From Verrucomicrobiota bacterium (lineage in GTDB: Bacteria > Verrucomicrobiota > Verrucomicrobiia > Opitutales > Coraliomargaritaceae): DNA of 64,000 nt. Under the pieces are notes generated by a model. That model had not been told where the DNA came from and ran no database searches. It worked only from the letters and a program-made list of their open reading frames with translations. Below, piece after piece: positions 40,380-50,059 of the stretch (the stretch's first letter is position 1; the number at the start of each line of letters is the position of its first letter). The stretch is taken from contig JBCBZJ010000004.1 of the NCBI GenBank assembly GCA_039815375.1, positions 96,001-160,000 on the forward strand, in the 5' to 3' direction. The position numbers were made by a program, and so were the translations under genes.

Positions 40380-42015
40380 CGAAGCGCCCCATTTTGTTGT
40401 CGGGCATAAGAATCCGGATTCAGACACCATCGTATGCGCCCATGTGCTTGCTTGGATGTATCGGCAAATCACTCCGGATTCAAGGGCCACGGCAATCCGC
40501 CTGGGAGAGGTTAATCGGCAGTCCGCGTGGCTCTTTCAGCAGGCTGGCTGCGAGTTGCCGGTATTCAGAAAGAGTTGCCTCTACCGGGCAGACGAAATCG
40601 CCAAACCCGTCCCGCGCGTAGATGCCGATTGTTCGCTACGCGAAGCACTGGAAACAATGCAACGGGCGAAGACAGACTTCGTGGCAGTCGTTGACAAAGA
40701 GAATTGTCCTCTCGGAGTCATCAGCGATCGGACTCAGCGAACCAATTACCTTTTGCAGTGCAATGTGGAGGATTTCGTCGGCACCCTACTTAACTTCGAT
40801 CACATCATCAGTGGTTTGCCACTGGAAGCACTTGACGATAAACCTCCGCCAAGAATCCAGCGACTGGAAGTGCCGTTGCATAAATCCGACGTATCGGGCA
40901 ACTGGGATGAAGGAACGGCAATTGTGATCGGAGACCGGGAACTCTTTCTGGAAAGAATCAATCAACACCTGCCGGGAGCTGTCATTGTTACCGGCGTTAG
41001 CACAACCAGGGCCAGGGAAATCGCCGACCAACTGAAATGCTCAACATACTACTTCGGCGGCAGTGTGATCAGTATGCTCACCCGACTTCCGGGCTGCTTT
41101 CCTGCTTCTGCTGCGATGGTCGAAGAATTTGCCGCCGTTGAAGAGAAAGCCAGAGAAGACGAGCTGGGCCGCCAACTCAAAGACTCGCACTGGGGCCTTA
41201 TGGTTCTGGACAGCGAAGGACGTGTCTCCGGTGCAATCTCTGCTATGGATATCCTCAATCTCAAACGTCCGCTTATCAGCCTGGTCGACCATAGCGAACG
41301 CGGACAGAGCATCGACGGACTGCAGGATGCCCAGATTGTCGAGATCATCGACCATCACCGGCTCGGCGATATCGAGACAATTCAACCGCTCTCCATTGAT
41401 GTTCGACCACTCGGCTCGACTGCATCGATCCTCTACGACCGTATTCTTGAGGAGGGTATTGAACTGCCAACATCAATCGCGAAGCTACTCCTCGGCGCCC
41501 TGATTTCAGACACGCTTCTACTCACCTCACCAACCTGCACACAAAGCGATATACGGCGCGCTAAAGAACTCGCGAAGCTTGCTGATGTTGATCTTCAGGA
41601 ATTCGGCATTGAAGTGCTTCGCCAGAATGACGAGCTCGGCACGGCCTCACCTCAGGCTCTCGTCCGTCGCGACTGTAAGCGCTTCACCTCAGAGGGCGTC
41701 TCCTTTCTCGCAGCACAAATTGAAACCGTAGACCTGAAAACACTCACCGAGCAACGCGAATACGAAATCAGCGAAGCCTTTTCCAGCTCGATTCACGCCG
41801 ATGGCGTCGCCTTCGGTGCCCTGATGATTACTGATGTCGTCGAGAGTCGTAGCCGTATCATCATCCTGAGCGAAGACGAGAAATGGCAACAAATTCACCT
41901 GCCGGCTGATGTCCGAAAATCGAATCAGCTCTGGGTCGAAGAGTCCTTCGTCTCTCGCAAAAAACAACTGATCCCACTCCTCCTGAATAACATCAAAGCA
42001 TCCCTACAAGGATGA
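40372..42015 (+). CDS. Family II Mn-dependent inorganic pyrophosphatase with CBS/DRTGG insertion
   Basis: GHKNPDSD, LVDHSE, IIDHH, ISDT and VSRKKQ motifs; central CBS-like segments and an IGDR motif. Confidence 0.9.
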   Translation: MANEAPHFVVGHKNPDSDTIVCAHVLAWMYRQITPDSRATAIRLGEVNRQSAWLFQQAGCELPVFRKSCLYRADEIAKPVPRVDADCSLREALETMQRAKTDFVAVVDKENCPLGVISDRTQRTNYLLQCNVEDFVGTLLNFDHIISGLPLEALDDKPPPRIQRLEVPLHKSDVSGNWDEGTAIVIGDRELFLERINQHLPGAVIVTGVSTTRAREIADQLKCSTYYFGGSVISMLTRLPGCFPASAAMVEEFAAVEEKAREDELGRQLKDSHWGLMVLDSEGRVSGAISAMDILNLKRPLISLVDHSERGQSIDGLQDAQIVEIIDHHRLGDIETIQPLSIDVRPLGSTASILYDRILEEGIELPTSIAKLLLGALISDTLLLTSPTCTQSDIRRAKELAKLADVDLQEFGIEVLRQNDELGTASPQALVRRDCKRFTSEGVSFLAAQIETVDLKTLTEQREYEISEAFSSSIHADGVAFGALMITDVVESRSRIIILSEDEKWQQIHLPADVRKSNQLWVEESFVSRKKQLIPLLLNNIKASLQG

Positions 42016-43271
42016 GTTCGAGCACCGCAAAACGCATTCTTCACATTCCCCGTCGATTCAGCCTCGACGAATGGGGAGGAACGGAAGCAGTGATCACCAA
42101 TATCTGCGAAGCTCAGCTTGCGGATGGCCTGAGACCGGAAATCCATACTTCTCTTGCCTTATCTAAAACACACAACGAAGAGTTCCGCGGAGTCCCGATT
42201 CAACGCTATAGCTATTGCTATCCCTTTCTTGGCCTCAGCACGACAGACAGACACCAGCTTGATAAGAAAGGCGGTAACTTACTTTCATGGCCGCTCTACC
42301 GCGCGATGCGGAAGGCAAAGGACGTTCGCATCTTCCACGCTCATGTCACCAAGCGGACCGGTGCTTCGGTTCTAAAAGCAGCAAAGTTGGCGAAGCGTCC
42401 CTGCGTCGTGACGCTCCACGGCAACATGTTTGACGTGCCAAAGATTGAGGCGGATGACGTCGTTGCGCCTCAGGAGGGCAAGTTGGAGTGGGGCCGCCTC
42501 TTCGGCGCATACTTCGGTAGCCGTAGCATGCTCGACGAAGTCGATGCCATTCTTTGCGTGGGCTTCTCCGAATACGAGAAAGCAAACAAGGCCCTCGGCA
42601 AAGGCCGTGTTCACTTCCTGCCAAACGGTGTGCATCCTGAACGCTTTCAGGCCAGTGACGCGGAGCGCGAAACCACACGTGAGAAACTCGGCTTTAAAAA
42701 AGAAGATTTTGTTTTCGGCTGTATCTCACGCCTTGATCCACAGAAGGATCAACTGCTGCTGATCGAAGCCTTCAATCGATTGCAGGCAGAGCACCCGGAC
42801 CTCGGCCTCGTGCTCTGCGGTCCACAGACCAACGCAACTTATGTTGAGAGACTAAAGACTGCCGCCAAAGCTTCACCGGGAGGGTCGCACATTCACATCC
42901 TTCCTCCGGTCACACCGGATACAGTCGAGCACCGCAGCCTTTTCGCTTCGCTGGACTGCTTCACCCTTCCCTCACGTCATGAACCGTTCGGCATCGTCGT
43001 CCTCGAAGCATGGTCCGCAGGTCGACCTGTCATCGCATCCGAAATCGGCGGTCTGGCAAGACTCGTCAGCCACGAAAAAACCGGGCTGCATTTTGAGCCG
43101 GGCAATGCTGACGAACTGACTGCAGCAATGAAGCGTATGCTTAACGAAAGCGCGCTTCGTAACGCTACCATATCCAAAGCCCAAGCCGAAGTCCAGGAGC
43201 ACTACACATGGAAGGGCATCGCGGGCCAACTCGAATCCATTTATCAACAAGTCGAAGCGAAATACCAATGA
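42012..43271 (+). CDS. Glycosyltransferase family 4
   Basis: GGTE, NGV, SRLDPQK and PSRHEPFGIVVLEAW motifs. Confidence 0.93.
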   Translation: MSSSTAKRILHIPRRFSLDEWGGTEAVITNICEAQLADGLRPEIHTSLALSKTHNEEFRGVPIQRYSYCYPFLGLSTTDRHQLDKKGGNLLSWPLYRAMRKAKDVRIFHAHVTKRTGASVLKAAKLAKRPCVVTLHGNMFDVPKIEADDVVAPQEGKLEWGRLFGAYFGSRSMLDEVDAILCVGFSEYEKANKALGKGRVHFLPNGVHPERFQASDAERETTREKLGFKKEDFVFGCISRLDPQKDQLLLIEAFNRLQAEHPDLGLVLCGPQTNATYVERLKTAAKASPGGSHIHILPPVTPDTVEHRSLFASLDCFTLPSRHEPFGIVVLEAWSAGRPVIASEIGGLARLVSHEKTGLHFEPGNADELTAAMKRMLNESALRNATISKAQAEVQEHYTWKGIAGQLESIYQQVEAKYQ

Positions 43272-44137
43272 GCACACTACCGGACAGAATCAGTCTAGTC
43301 ATGCGTTCTTACAACGAAGCATGGGCTATCGAAGACACGCTTAATGGCATCTTCAATCAGGACTACGACGGTGAGATCGAGCTCATCGTCATTGATAGCG
43401 CCTCGACCGATGGCTCGCATGAAATCATACCTCGATTCAACCCTAAGGACTTCATCATTCTGGAGCCCGGAACTTACGTTCCTGGCAAAGTTCTGAATCA
43501 GGGCTTCAAACTCGCAACCAACGACTGGGTTGTCTTTCTGAACTCCGATGCCACTCCGGCCAACAATCAGTGGCTCCCTGAGCTACTCAAAGCCGCGGTC
43601 AACTCGCCCAAACTCGGTGCCGCTTTCAGCAGACAGATCCCGCGCGACGACTGCCAGGCGGTCTTTGCCCACGACTACGATCGCTGCTTCGGACCCGAGC
43701 GCGAATCGAAAAACTGGGATCACTTCTTCTCCATGGTCAGTTGTGTTGCCTACAAACCGACCTGGCAGGAAATCCCGATTCGTGAAGACCTTCAGTATGC
43801 TGAAGACGATGAGTGGACCCGACGCCTGAAAGACCTGGGCTATGAAATCATACTGGTTGAAGAATCGGTCGCTATCCATTCCCACAACTACACACCGGCT
43901 CAGGCCTACAAACGTGCCAAGGGTGATGCAATCGCCGTCGCCCAGGCGGGCAATATATCGAATGTGAAACGGGCCTGGCACCGTGATGTCTTTCTACCTA
44001 CAATCAAGGATACCCTCCGCGACCTCAACTACTGCAAACGCACGGGGCAGCTCGGTCAGATTTTCCACGCCTATCAAGTCCGCTACCAACAGCGTTTAGG
44101 TCGGATGCACGGCTACGAAGAAGGCCTTCAAAGCTAA
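43268..44137 (+). CDS. Glycosyltransferase family 2 (rhamnosyltransferase-like)
   Basis: SLVMRSYN, IDSASTDG, FLNSDA, FSRQIPR, YAED and HSHNY motifs. Start adjusted to ATG at 43268. Confidence 0.9.
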   Translation: MSTLPDRISLVMRSYNEAWAIEDTLNGIFNQDYDGEIELIVIDSASTDGSHEIIPRFNPKDFIILEPGTYVPGKVLNQGFKLATNDWVVFLNSDATPANNQWLPELLKAAVNSPKLGAAFSRQIPRDDCQAVFAHDYDRCFGPERESKNWDHFFSMVSCVAYKPTWQEIPIREDLQYAEDDEWTRRLKDLGYEIILVEESVAIHSHNYTPAQAYKRAKGDAIAVAQAGNISNVKRAWHRDVFLPTIKDTLRDLNYCKRTGQLGQIFHAYQVRYQQRLGRMHGYEEGLQS

Positions 44138-44154
44138 ACTCAAACTGCCCTATC

Positions 44155-45387
44155 ATGAAAATCCTAGTCATCAGCAACCTATACCCCCCGCACGGTATCG
44201 GCGGCTACGAGGAACGGTGCCTGCATACCGTGGACAGCCTCCGAGCCCGCGGCCACGACGTCCATGTCCTGACCTCAAACCATCAGGTTGAAGGCCACGA
44301 CGCCTCCGGAGAATCGCAGATTCACCGCAAGCTTCGGGTTCATGGTTTTTACGGACACCCCTGGCTGTCGATCAACAAGCTCTACGAGCTGGAGCAGGAA
44401 AATCAGCAAACCCTCCGCAAGTTGCTGGATAATATCAAACCCGAGGTCGTGCACGTCTGGAACATGGGAGGGATTACCAAGTCCTTGCTCCATACCCTGG
44501 AAGCCGAACCCACTCCACTTGTCTATGATATTTCCGACCACTGGATCGCACGCAGTTTGAAAGCCGATGTTTGGCTCTCCTGGTGGAATGATCCAGGCTC
44601 TATCTTTAGAAATACCCTGCGTGGTCTCGCAGGGATCACAGGTGTCCGGAAATTCATCAGCAAGAAAGTGCCGACCGACCCGGTCCGTAGTCTGAAATTC
44701 GAGAAGATCTATTTCTGCAGCCAGTTCATGCGCGACTTAACTGCTCAACAAGGCTACCCGGTCAGCCATGCCAACATCGTCTACTGCGGTGTCGAAACAG
44801 AACTCTTTGACCGAAAAACCGCATTCAATCCACCGCGTAGGTTTATCTGGGTCGGCCGCCTTGCTGAAGACAAGGACCCGATGACTGCGCTAAGAGGTTT
44901 CCTCCGAGCACGTGAGGCATCGGAACTGCCGCTTGAGCTCGACATCTATGGCCGTGGTGATGCCGCCTACGTGGAGCAATTGGAAGACGAGATTAAAAAA
45001 GCTCATGCCGAAGATTTCGTTCAAATCAAGTCTGCCACGCACAAAGAAATGCGCACACTCTACTCGCAATACGATGGTTACATCTTCTCCAGTAACTGGG
45101 GAGAGCCCTTTGCACTTACCCCACTGGAGGCCATGTCGGCAGGCGTACCAGTACTGATGTGTCCGGATGGCGGTGATGCGGAGCTAGTGGACGACGGTGT
45201 CAACGCACTGAAGTTTGAAGCCAACTCACCCAGCTCACTGACTGGAGCGATCATACGTTTGCTTCAAGTTCCTGATCACGGCGAAAAGATGAGCCGCATC
45301 GCATTCGACATCGTCCAGGAACGCTACACTGTCGAGGTTATGACTAACAAAATCGAATCGATTTTGGAAAAGGCTTCCAAAGGCTAG
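44155..45387 (+). CDS. Glycosyltransferase family 4
   Basis: SNLYPP..GGYE, GRLAEDK and EPFALTPLEAM motifs. Confidence 0.92.
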   Translation: MKILVISNLYPPHGIGGYEERCLHTVDSLRARGHDVHVLTSNHQVEGHDASGESQIHRKLRVHGFYGHPWLSINKLYELEQENQQTLRKLLDNIKPEVVHVWNMGGITKSLLHTLEAEPTPLVYDISDHWIARSLKADVWLSWWNDPGSIFRNTLRGLAGITGVRKFISKKVPTDPVRSLKFEKIYFCSQFMRDLTAQQGYPVSHANIVYCGVETELFDRKTAFNPPRRFIWVGRLAEDKDPMTALRGFLRAREASELPLELDIYGRGDAAYVEQLEDEIKKAHAEDFVQIKSATHKEMRTLYSQYDGYIFSSNWGEPFALTPLEAMSAGVPVLMCPDGGDAELVDDGVNALKFEANSPSSLTGAIIRLLQVPDHGEKMSRIAFDIVQERYTVEVMTNKIESILEKASKG

Positions 45388-46752
45388 ATGGTTGATCTCA
45401 TCAAAGGCATCGTTCTAGCAAACGGCTACTTTATTATCGGCCCGATCGGAGGTTTCATCCTCGCCAAAGATCGCCGGATGGAGGACTTCGCGATGGGCCT
45501 GTTGATGTTTCTTCTTGGCCTGCACATCAACACCACTGTGCTCATGCTCGGGTCAATCGAATGGTATCGTGGCGTTACCAAGGGCTACGAGTTCACCATG
45601 ATGGAAATTCTCTCCGTAAGCCTCATCTTTGCCACCGTCTTTAATTCGAAGCGCAAATTTGTCTTACTCCCGCTCGGCACCTTACTTTGGTTTCTCTATA
45701 TTGGGGCCAGCAGCCTTTCGATCCTGAGTGCCTTGAACGCGAACTACGTCTTGATGAGTATTCTGAAACATGCGAAGGTCTGGCTCATCGTCTGGGCGGT
45801 GTGCAACTACGTGCGCACACGCCGCGAAGTTCACGTCGTGCTCACCGGGGTCTCGATCATGCTGATTTACCAGTTTCTTATCGTCGCAAAGATGAAATGG
45901 ATCGACGGCTTTTACCAGGTCCGGGGGCTATTCGAGCACCAGAACCCGCTGGCTATGTTCACCTATATGGCTGCCCTACCCCTCCTCGCGGTGGCCATGT
46001 CACCGGCAACGTCAAAGATTCGAAGCCTCATTTACTTTGCTGCCTTCGCCTGCTCCGGGATCATCGTCCTTGCCTCCCTCTCCCGGGCCGCGCTGGCATT
46101 TTTCGCAATGGGAACGGCTGCCGTTGTTGCTGCCGGATTCTTCGACCGTGTTTCCGCAAAACGAATACTCATTGTCTGCCTGATGGCTATGGGCGGCACC
46201 TTCGTTCTTGCCATGACGCTGGAAACGATCATCGGAAGATTCAATGACGAAGGCAACGAAGCAAGTGGCGAAACCCGGGATGTCATGAATCTGGCATCGA
46301 AGGCCATGATTGACACAAACCCGCTCGGCATCGGCTGGAACAATTTCGGCAAGGCGATCAATCACCCCTACCCCTACGGCGATGTCATCGATGATTGGAA
46401 CCGCGATCGCGGCCAGACAGTTGACTATGACTATGCCAAGGGTGTGGTCGAGAGCCACTACTGGCTGCTTAAGGGCGAAACCGGCTGGCCGGGTTATCTC
46501 ACTTACATGCTTTTTATTGTGGTCGTTACCGGCGCTACGCTTCCGCTCATCATCCTCCGGCGCGGCAGCCTCGAAGCAGCTATCGCTATCGGCATTCTCA
46601 TTGCCTTCGGCATTACCTACGTCCACAGCAGCCTGGAGAGAGTGCTGACACAGACCAAAAACCTTGCGCTTTGGATGACCTACATCGGATTACTGGGAGC
46701 ACTCATTCGCTTGCCGAAACCCAGGAACAAAGGACAGCGCACAATCGAATGA
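45388..46752 (+). CDS. Wzy polymerase / O-antigen ligase family membrane protein
   Basis: About 11-12 TM segments; GLFEHQNPLA, SLSRAA and NPLGIGWNNF motifs. Confidence 0.85.
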   Translation: MVDLIKGIVLANGYFIIGPIGGFILAKDRRMEDFAMGLLMFLLGLHINTTVLMLGSIEWYRGVTKGYEFTMMEILSVSLIFATVFNSKRKFVLLPLGTLLWFLYIGASSLSILSALNANYVLMSILKHAKVWLIVWAVCNYVRTRREVHVVLTGVSIMLIYQFLIVAKMKWIDGFYQVRGLFEHQNPLAMFTYMAALPLLAVAMSPATSKIRSLIYFAAFACSGIIVLASLSRAALAFFAMGTAAVVAAGFFDRVSAKRILIVCLMAMGGTFVLAMTLETIIGRFNDEGNEASGETRDVMNLASKAMIDTNPLGIGWNNFGKAINHPYPYGDVIDDWNRDRGQTVDYDYAKGVVESHYWLLKGETGWPGYLTYMLFIVVVTGATLPLIILRRGSLEAAIAIGILIAFGITYVHSSLERVLTQTKNLALWMTYIGLLGALIRLPKPRNKGQRTIE

Positions 46753-47366
46753 AGACACCTCACATCATCCTCGTGGCCGGTCCCTCCGGCTCGGGAAAGT
46801 CGACTTTGGCTCAAGGTCTCGCAGTTCAGTTGAAAGCGGAGGGGCATGCCTGTGAAGTGATTGAACTCGACAACTACTACCGCGACCTCAGCCATATAAC
46901 TGAAGAAGCGCGCAACCGTCAAAACTTCGACCAGCCGGATGCCTGGGAGAAGGAACGCCTTATCTCGGATGCCCGCTCTTTCAAGTCAGTTAAAGCCATC
47001 GAAATGCCGATTTATGACTTCAGCACACACCTGCGCACTCCGGAAACGAAGACCGTCCTCCCCGCCGACTATATTATCATGGAAGGCCTCTTTGCCCTCT
47101 GCTATGACGAGCTCAACGCTATAGCGGACCTGAAAATATACGTCGGACTGGAGGATAGTATAGCGCTCGTCCGACGCATCGAACGTGATACCCGGGAACG
47201 CGGACGAAGTCGTAGATCTATTATCGCGCAATACGAAACCACCGTCCAGCCTGCCAATGAAAAATACATTCGGCCCAGCGCCTCAAACGCCGACGTCCAG
47301 GTGCACGGAACCCTTTCATTGGTAGAGCAACTAAGAGCGATTGAAGATCTGATCAGGCCCGGATAA
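46749..47366 (+). CDS. udk: Uridine kinase
   Basis: GPSGSGKST, LDNYYRD, NFDQPDA, PIYDF, EGLFAL and RRIERD..ERGR motifs. Start ATG at 46749 overlaps the wzy stop. Confidence 0.88.
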   Translation: MKTPHIILVAGPSGSGKSTLAQGLAVQLKAEGHACEVIELDNYYRDLSHITEEARNRQNFDQPDAWEKERLISDARSFKSVKAIEMPIYDFSTHLRTPETKTVLPADYIIMEGLFALCYDELNAIADLKIYVGLEDSIALVRRIERDTRERGRSRRSIIAQYETTVQPANEKYIRPSASNADVQVHGTLSLVEQLRAIEDLIRPG

Positions 47367-47562
47367 GGCAACCGTAATCCCAGCCCAAACAACTCGAACC
47401 GAAACGATACAAACAAACTTCTCGACCATTCTCGATCTTTGCTTCGCTGACTTCGATTTCGAGGCACATGAGAAGTAAAGTAACACTTTTAGCAATTGAT
47501 TAGATACACGCTTAGGACGCGGGCCATAAGTACACCTGCTTCGAAAAGTCGCTTTCAGATGA

Positions 47563-47964
47563 TTATCTACCATGGGTCGGATCCCACTCGTGATAGTGCA
47601 GATCCCGCCCTTCGATCAGATTAATAAGATTGTTGGCTAGAAGAAGGCCGAGGCAGCCTACAATAATGACCCATGACAGGATGAGCAGATACCAAATCTT
47701 TCGGAAAGCCATCTGCCTAAAGAAACGTCCAACAGCAGAACGTGTAATTGTTAAACCCACAGTCAGAACAAACAAAAGATAAGGATAGTAGAGAGACTTG
47801 ATTACATCACGCAGCCAGATCGGATACCCTCCTGCATCAATCCAGAAAAGCCGGCTTTCCTTCCACGTGGTGAACTGAATCAACGAGAAAGAAAACGCCA
47901 GTAACCCGACGATACTTATTCGTTCCGTCCAGCTTGAAGGTTGGTATTTTATCTTTATAGCCAT
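47563..47964 (-). CDS. Hypothetical small membrane protein (3 TM)
   Basis: 133 aa with three hydrophobic segments; overlaps the upstream GT4 stop. Confidence 0.65.
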   Translation of the reverse strand: MAIKIKYQPSSWTERISIVGLLAFSFSLIQFTTWKESRLFWIDAGGYPIWLRDVIKSLYYPYLLFVLTVGLTITRSAVGRFFRQMAFRKIWYLLILSWVIIVGCLGLLLANNLINLIEGRDLHYHEWDPTHGR

Positions 47965-49106
47965 CCGCTAAGGGCAGTATTGAAAGCACGCTGAAAGCAA
48001 CCCACCGAATGCCGATTCCACACCCGCTGCTTTAAAGCATCGATGGTTGAAGCGTTGGCTCGACGGACCGCTATCATTGCCTCCAGGCCGGATGTTTGAT
48101 CGCGATAAGCGAAGCGCCACGCATCCGGCAACCAGTCTCGCATACCGTCGCGGTCGGTCGATGCAACTGGCACGCCGTTTGCCAAAGCTTCCAACATGGC
48201 TAGAGGAACGCCTTCGTAGCGTGAGGGCATAATCATCGCATCCAATGCCGCATAGAGCGGTGCCGGATTGTCTGTCCATGATAGAAAGTGCACATTGGCA
48301 TGTTTTGATGCGGTCTCCTTCAGTGCTTCAGCGTCAGGCCCACTTCCAAGAAAAACCAAGTGCTCGTCGCTGTGTCGCTGGGCCCGTTCAAGAAACAGCT
48401 CGAGCGCAAAGTCCTGCCCCTTTTGCTTGAATTCGGTTCGTCCGATCTGCCCCCAGAGGTAGCCGTCCTGTGGCAAGTTAAATTGCTCACGTGCTTCGCT
48501 GCAAGTCGGTTGATTCTTGAAACGCTCCAGAGGTATGCCGTTCTCCACAACTTGAATTCGACCGGAGGCACCATAATTCCGGAGCATCCGGGCAAGGGTC
48601 TCAGAAATAGTGATAAACCCATCCGGCTCGGCATAGAGGCCTCGACAGGTAACATCACGAAACGAGCTCAACTTAGCGCCCATCTCCGCATGCTTATGCG
48701 GAACAGGTAGATAACTCACAATCGGGCAATCGACTTTTCCCTTCAGGAGAAAAACTGAAGAACACTGCTCGATATTACCCTGGATGACCAAGACGACGTC
48801 AGGACGTTCCTGCTCGACCATCTCACACAATTGCTTGATCGAACCCTTCTGGAAATACCGGCGTAAGGCCTGAAACTTAGCAGTTCGTGTCGGTGCCTCT
48901 TCAACTCGTAGTCTCCCAGGCTCAGTTTTTTCTGCAATTGCCGACCAGCGGTCCCGATTTCTAACGTTATTCGGATGCAAGAGAGCCAGAACATCCCATT
49001 CCCCGAATTCAAGAAGCCCTTCTAAACCATAAGCCGCCATCACCTGATGCCCACCAAAGTCGGGATTGTCATCGATCAATAAAAGCTTTGGCCGCCTTGA
49101 ATTCAT
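47955..49106 (-). CDS. Glycosyltransferase family 4
   Basis: FGGHQ, ENGI, GR...QKGQ and PSRYEGVPLAMLEA motifs. Confidence 0.9.
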   Translation of the reverse strand: MNSRRPKLLLIDDNPDFGGHQVMAAYGLEGLLEFGEWDVLALLHPNNVRNRDRWSAIAEKTEPGRLRVEEAPTRTAKFQALRRYFQKGSIKQLCEMVEQERPDVVLVIQGNIEQCSSVFLLKGKVDCPIVSYLPVPHKHAEMGAKLSSFRDVTCRGLYAEPDGFITISETLARMLRNYGASGRIQVVENGIPLERFKNQPTCSEAREQFNLPQDGYLWGQIGRTEFKQKGQDFALELFLERAQRHSDEHLVFLGSGPDAEALKETASKHANVHFLSWTDNPAPLYAALDAMIMPSRYEGVPLAMLEALANGVPVASTDRDGMRDWLPDAWRFAYRDQTSGLEAMIAVRRANASTIDALKQRVWNRHSVGCFQRAFNTALSGWL

Positions 49107-50059
49107 AAGCCGTAACGTTTGATCAAATTATAAATCGTCTTCTGACTCACGCCAAGTTGTTCGGAAGCAAGGCGCCGATTGCCCTCGTTTTCATCTAAAG
49201 CGAGCTGCAAAGCATCCCGCTCAATTTGCTCCATCGTCTTGCCTGACAGGCTGTATCCCAACTCACTTTTTTTCGAATTTGAAGGTTCGATCTGCTTTGG
49301 CAAATGCTCCGGCTCCACGCGTTCCTCGGGGTCAACCAGAGTTGCGACGCGTAACATGACGTTACGCAACTCTCGAATGTTACCCGGCCAGTCGTAATTC
49401 AGCAGCACATCCAAAGCACTGTCCGAAAAGCGAGGATGCGCTTCAGGGCCAAGCGCTTCAGTGAGAAATTTCAGCGCGAGAACCGGAATATCACCCGGTC
49501 GTTCCTTCAAGGAGGGCAGTTCCAGTTCGAAAACATTTAGACGGTAGTAGAGATCCCGGCGAAAACGACCTTCAGCGATGGCTTCGTTCAAGTCCTGATT
49601 CGTCGCTGCAATCAGGCGCACATCGACTTCATGCTGCTCTGCGCTGCCAACAGGATAGAATCTCTGGTTCTGAAGAAAAAGGAGCAGCTTCGGTTGGAGC
49701 TCGGGCGACATTTCACCGATTTCATCGAGAAAGACTGTTCCGCCATCTGCCTTTTCGAGAAGACCGACCTTATCCTTAAACGCACCGGAGAAGGCACCTT
49801 TACGGTAACCGAAAAGTTCGGACTCAAGAAGATTCGCCGGGATACTTGCACAGCTTAGTTCGACGAACTCCCCTCCTGCACGCTGGCTATTCTGATGAAT
49901 CGAATACGCCAGGCGGCTCTTTCCGGTGCCGGACTCACCAGTTAACAGCAGGGCGTGTTCGCTCTGCGAAATTCGATCCAACTGCCGCCGCAGAGGCTTA
50001 AATGCATTCCCTTTAAAATCCGCCTCAAACGGGCTCTTCTCTTTTCGTCCGGCTGTCAT
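49103..50059 (-). CDS. Sigma54-dependent enhancer-binding protein lacking an N-terminal sensor domain
   Basis: GESGTGKS, ESELFG..KGAFSGA, FLDEIGE, FRRDLYYRL, WPGNIREL and a Fis-type HTH. Start at 50059 chosen from the ATGA overlap with the wzx stop. Confidence 0.93.
   Translation of the reverse strand: MTAGRKEKSPFEADFKGNAFKPLRRQLDRISQSEHALLLTGESGTGKSRLAYSIHQNSQRAGGEFVELSCASIPANLLESELFGYRKGAFSGAFKDKVGLLEKADGGTVFLDEIGEMSPELQPKLLLFLQNQRFYPVGSAEQHEVDVRLIAATNQDLNEAIAEGRFRRDLYYRLNVFELELPSLKERPGDIPVLALKFLTEALGPEAHPRFSDSALDVLLNYDWPGNIRELRNVMLRVATLVDPEERVEPEHLPKQIEPSNSKKSELGYSLSGKTMEQIERDALQLALDENEGNRRLASEQLGVSQKTIYNLIKRYGL

Noticed and set aside
47331..47573. 80-aa ORF between the convergent EPS arms
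   Set aside because: Overlaps the udk end in antisense and has no motif; treated as intergenic.
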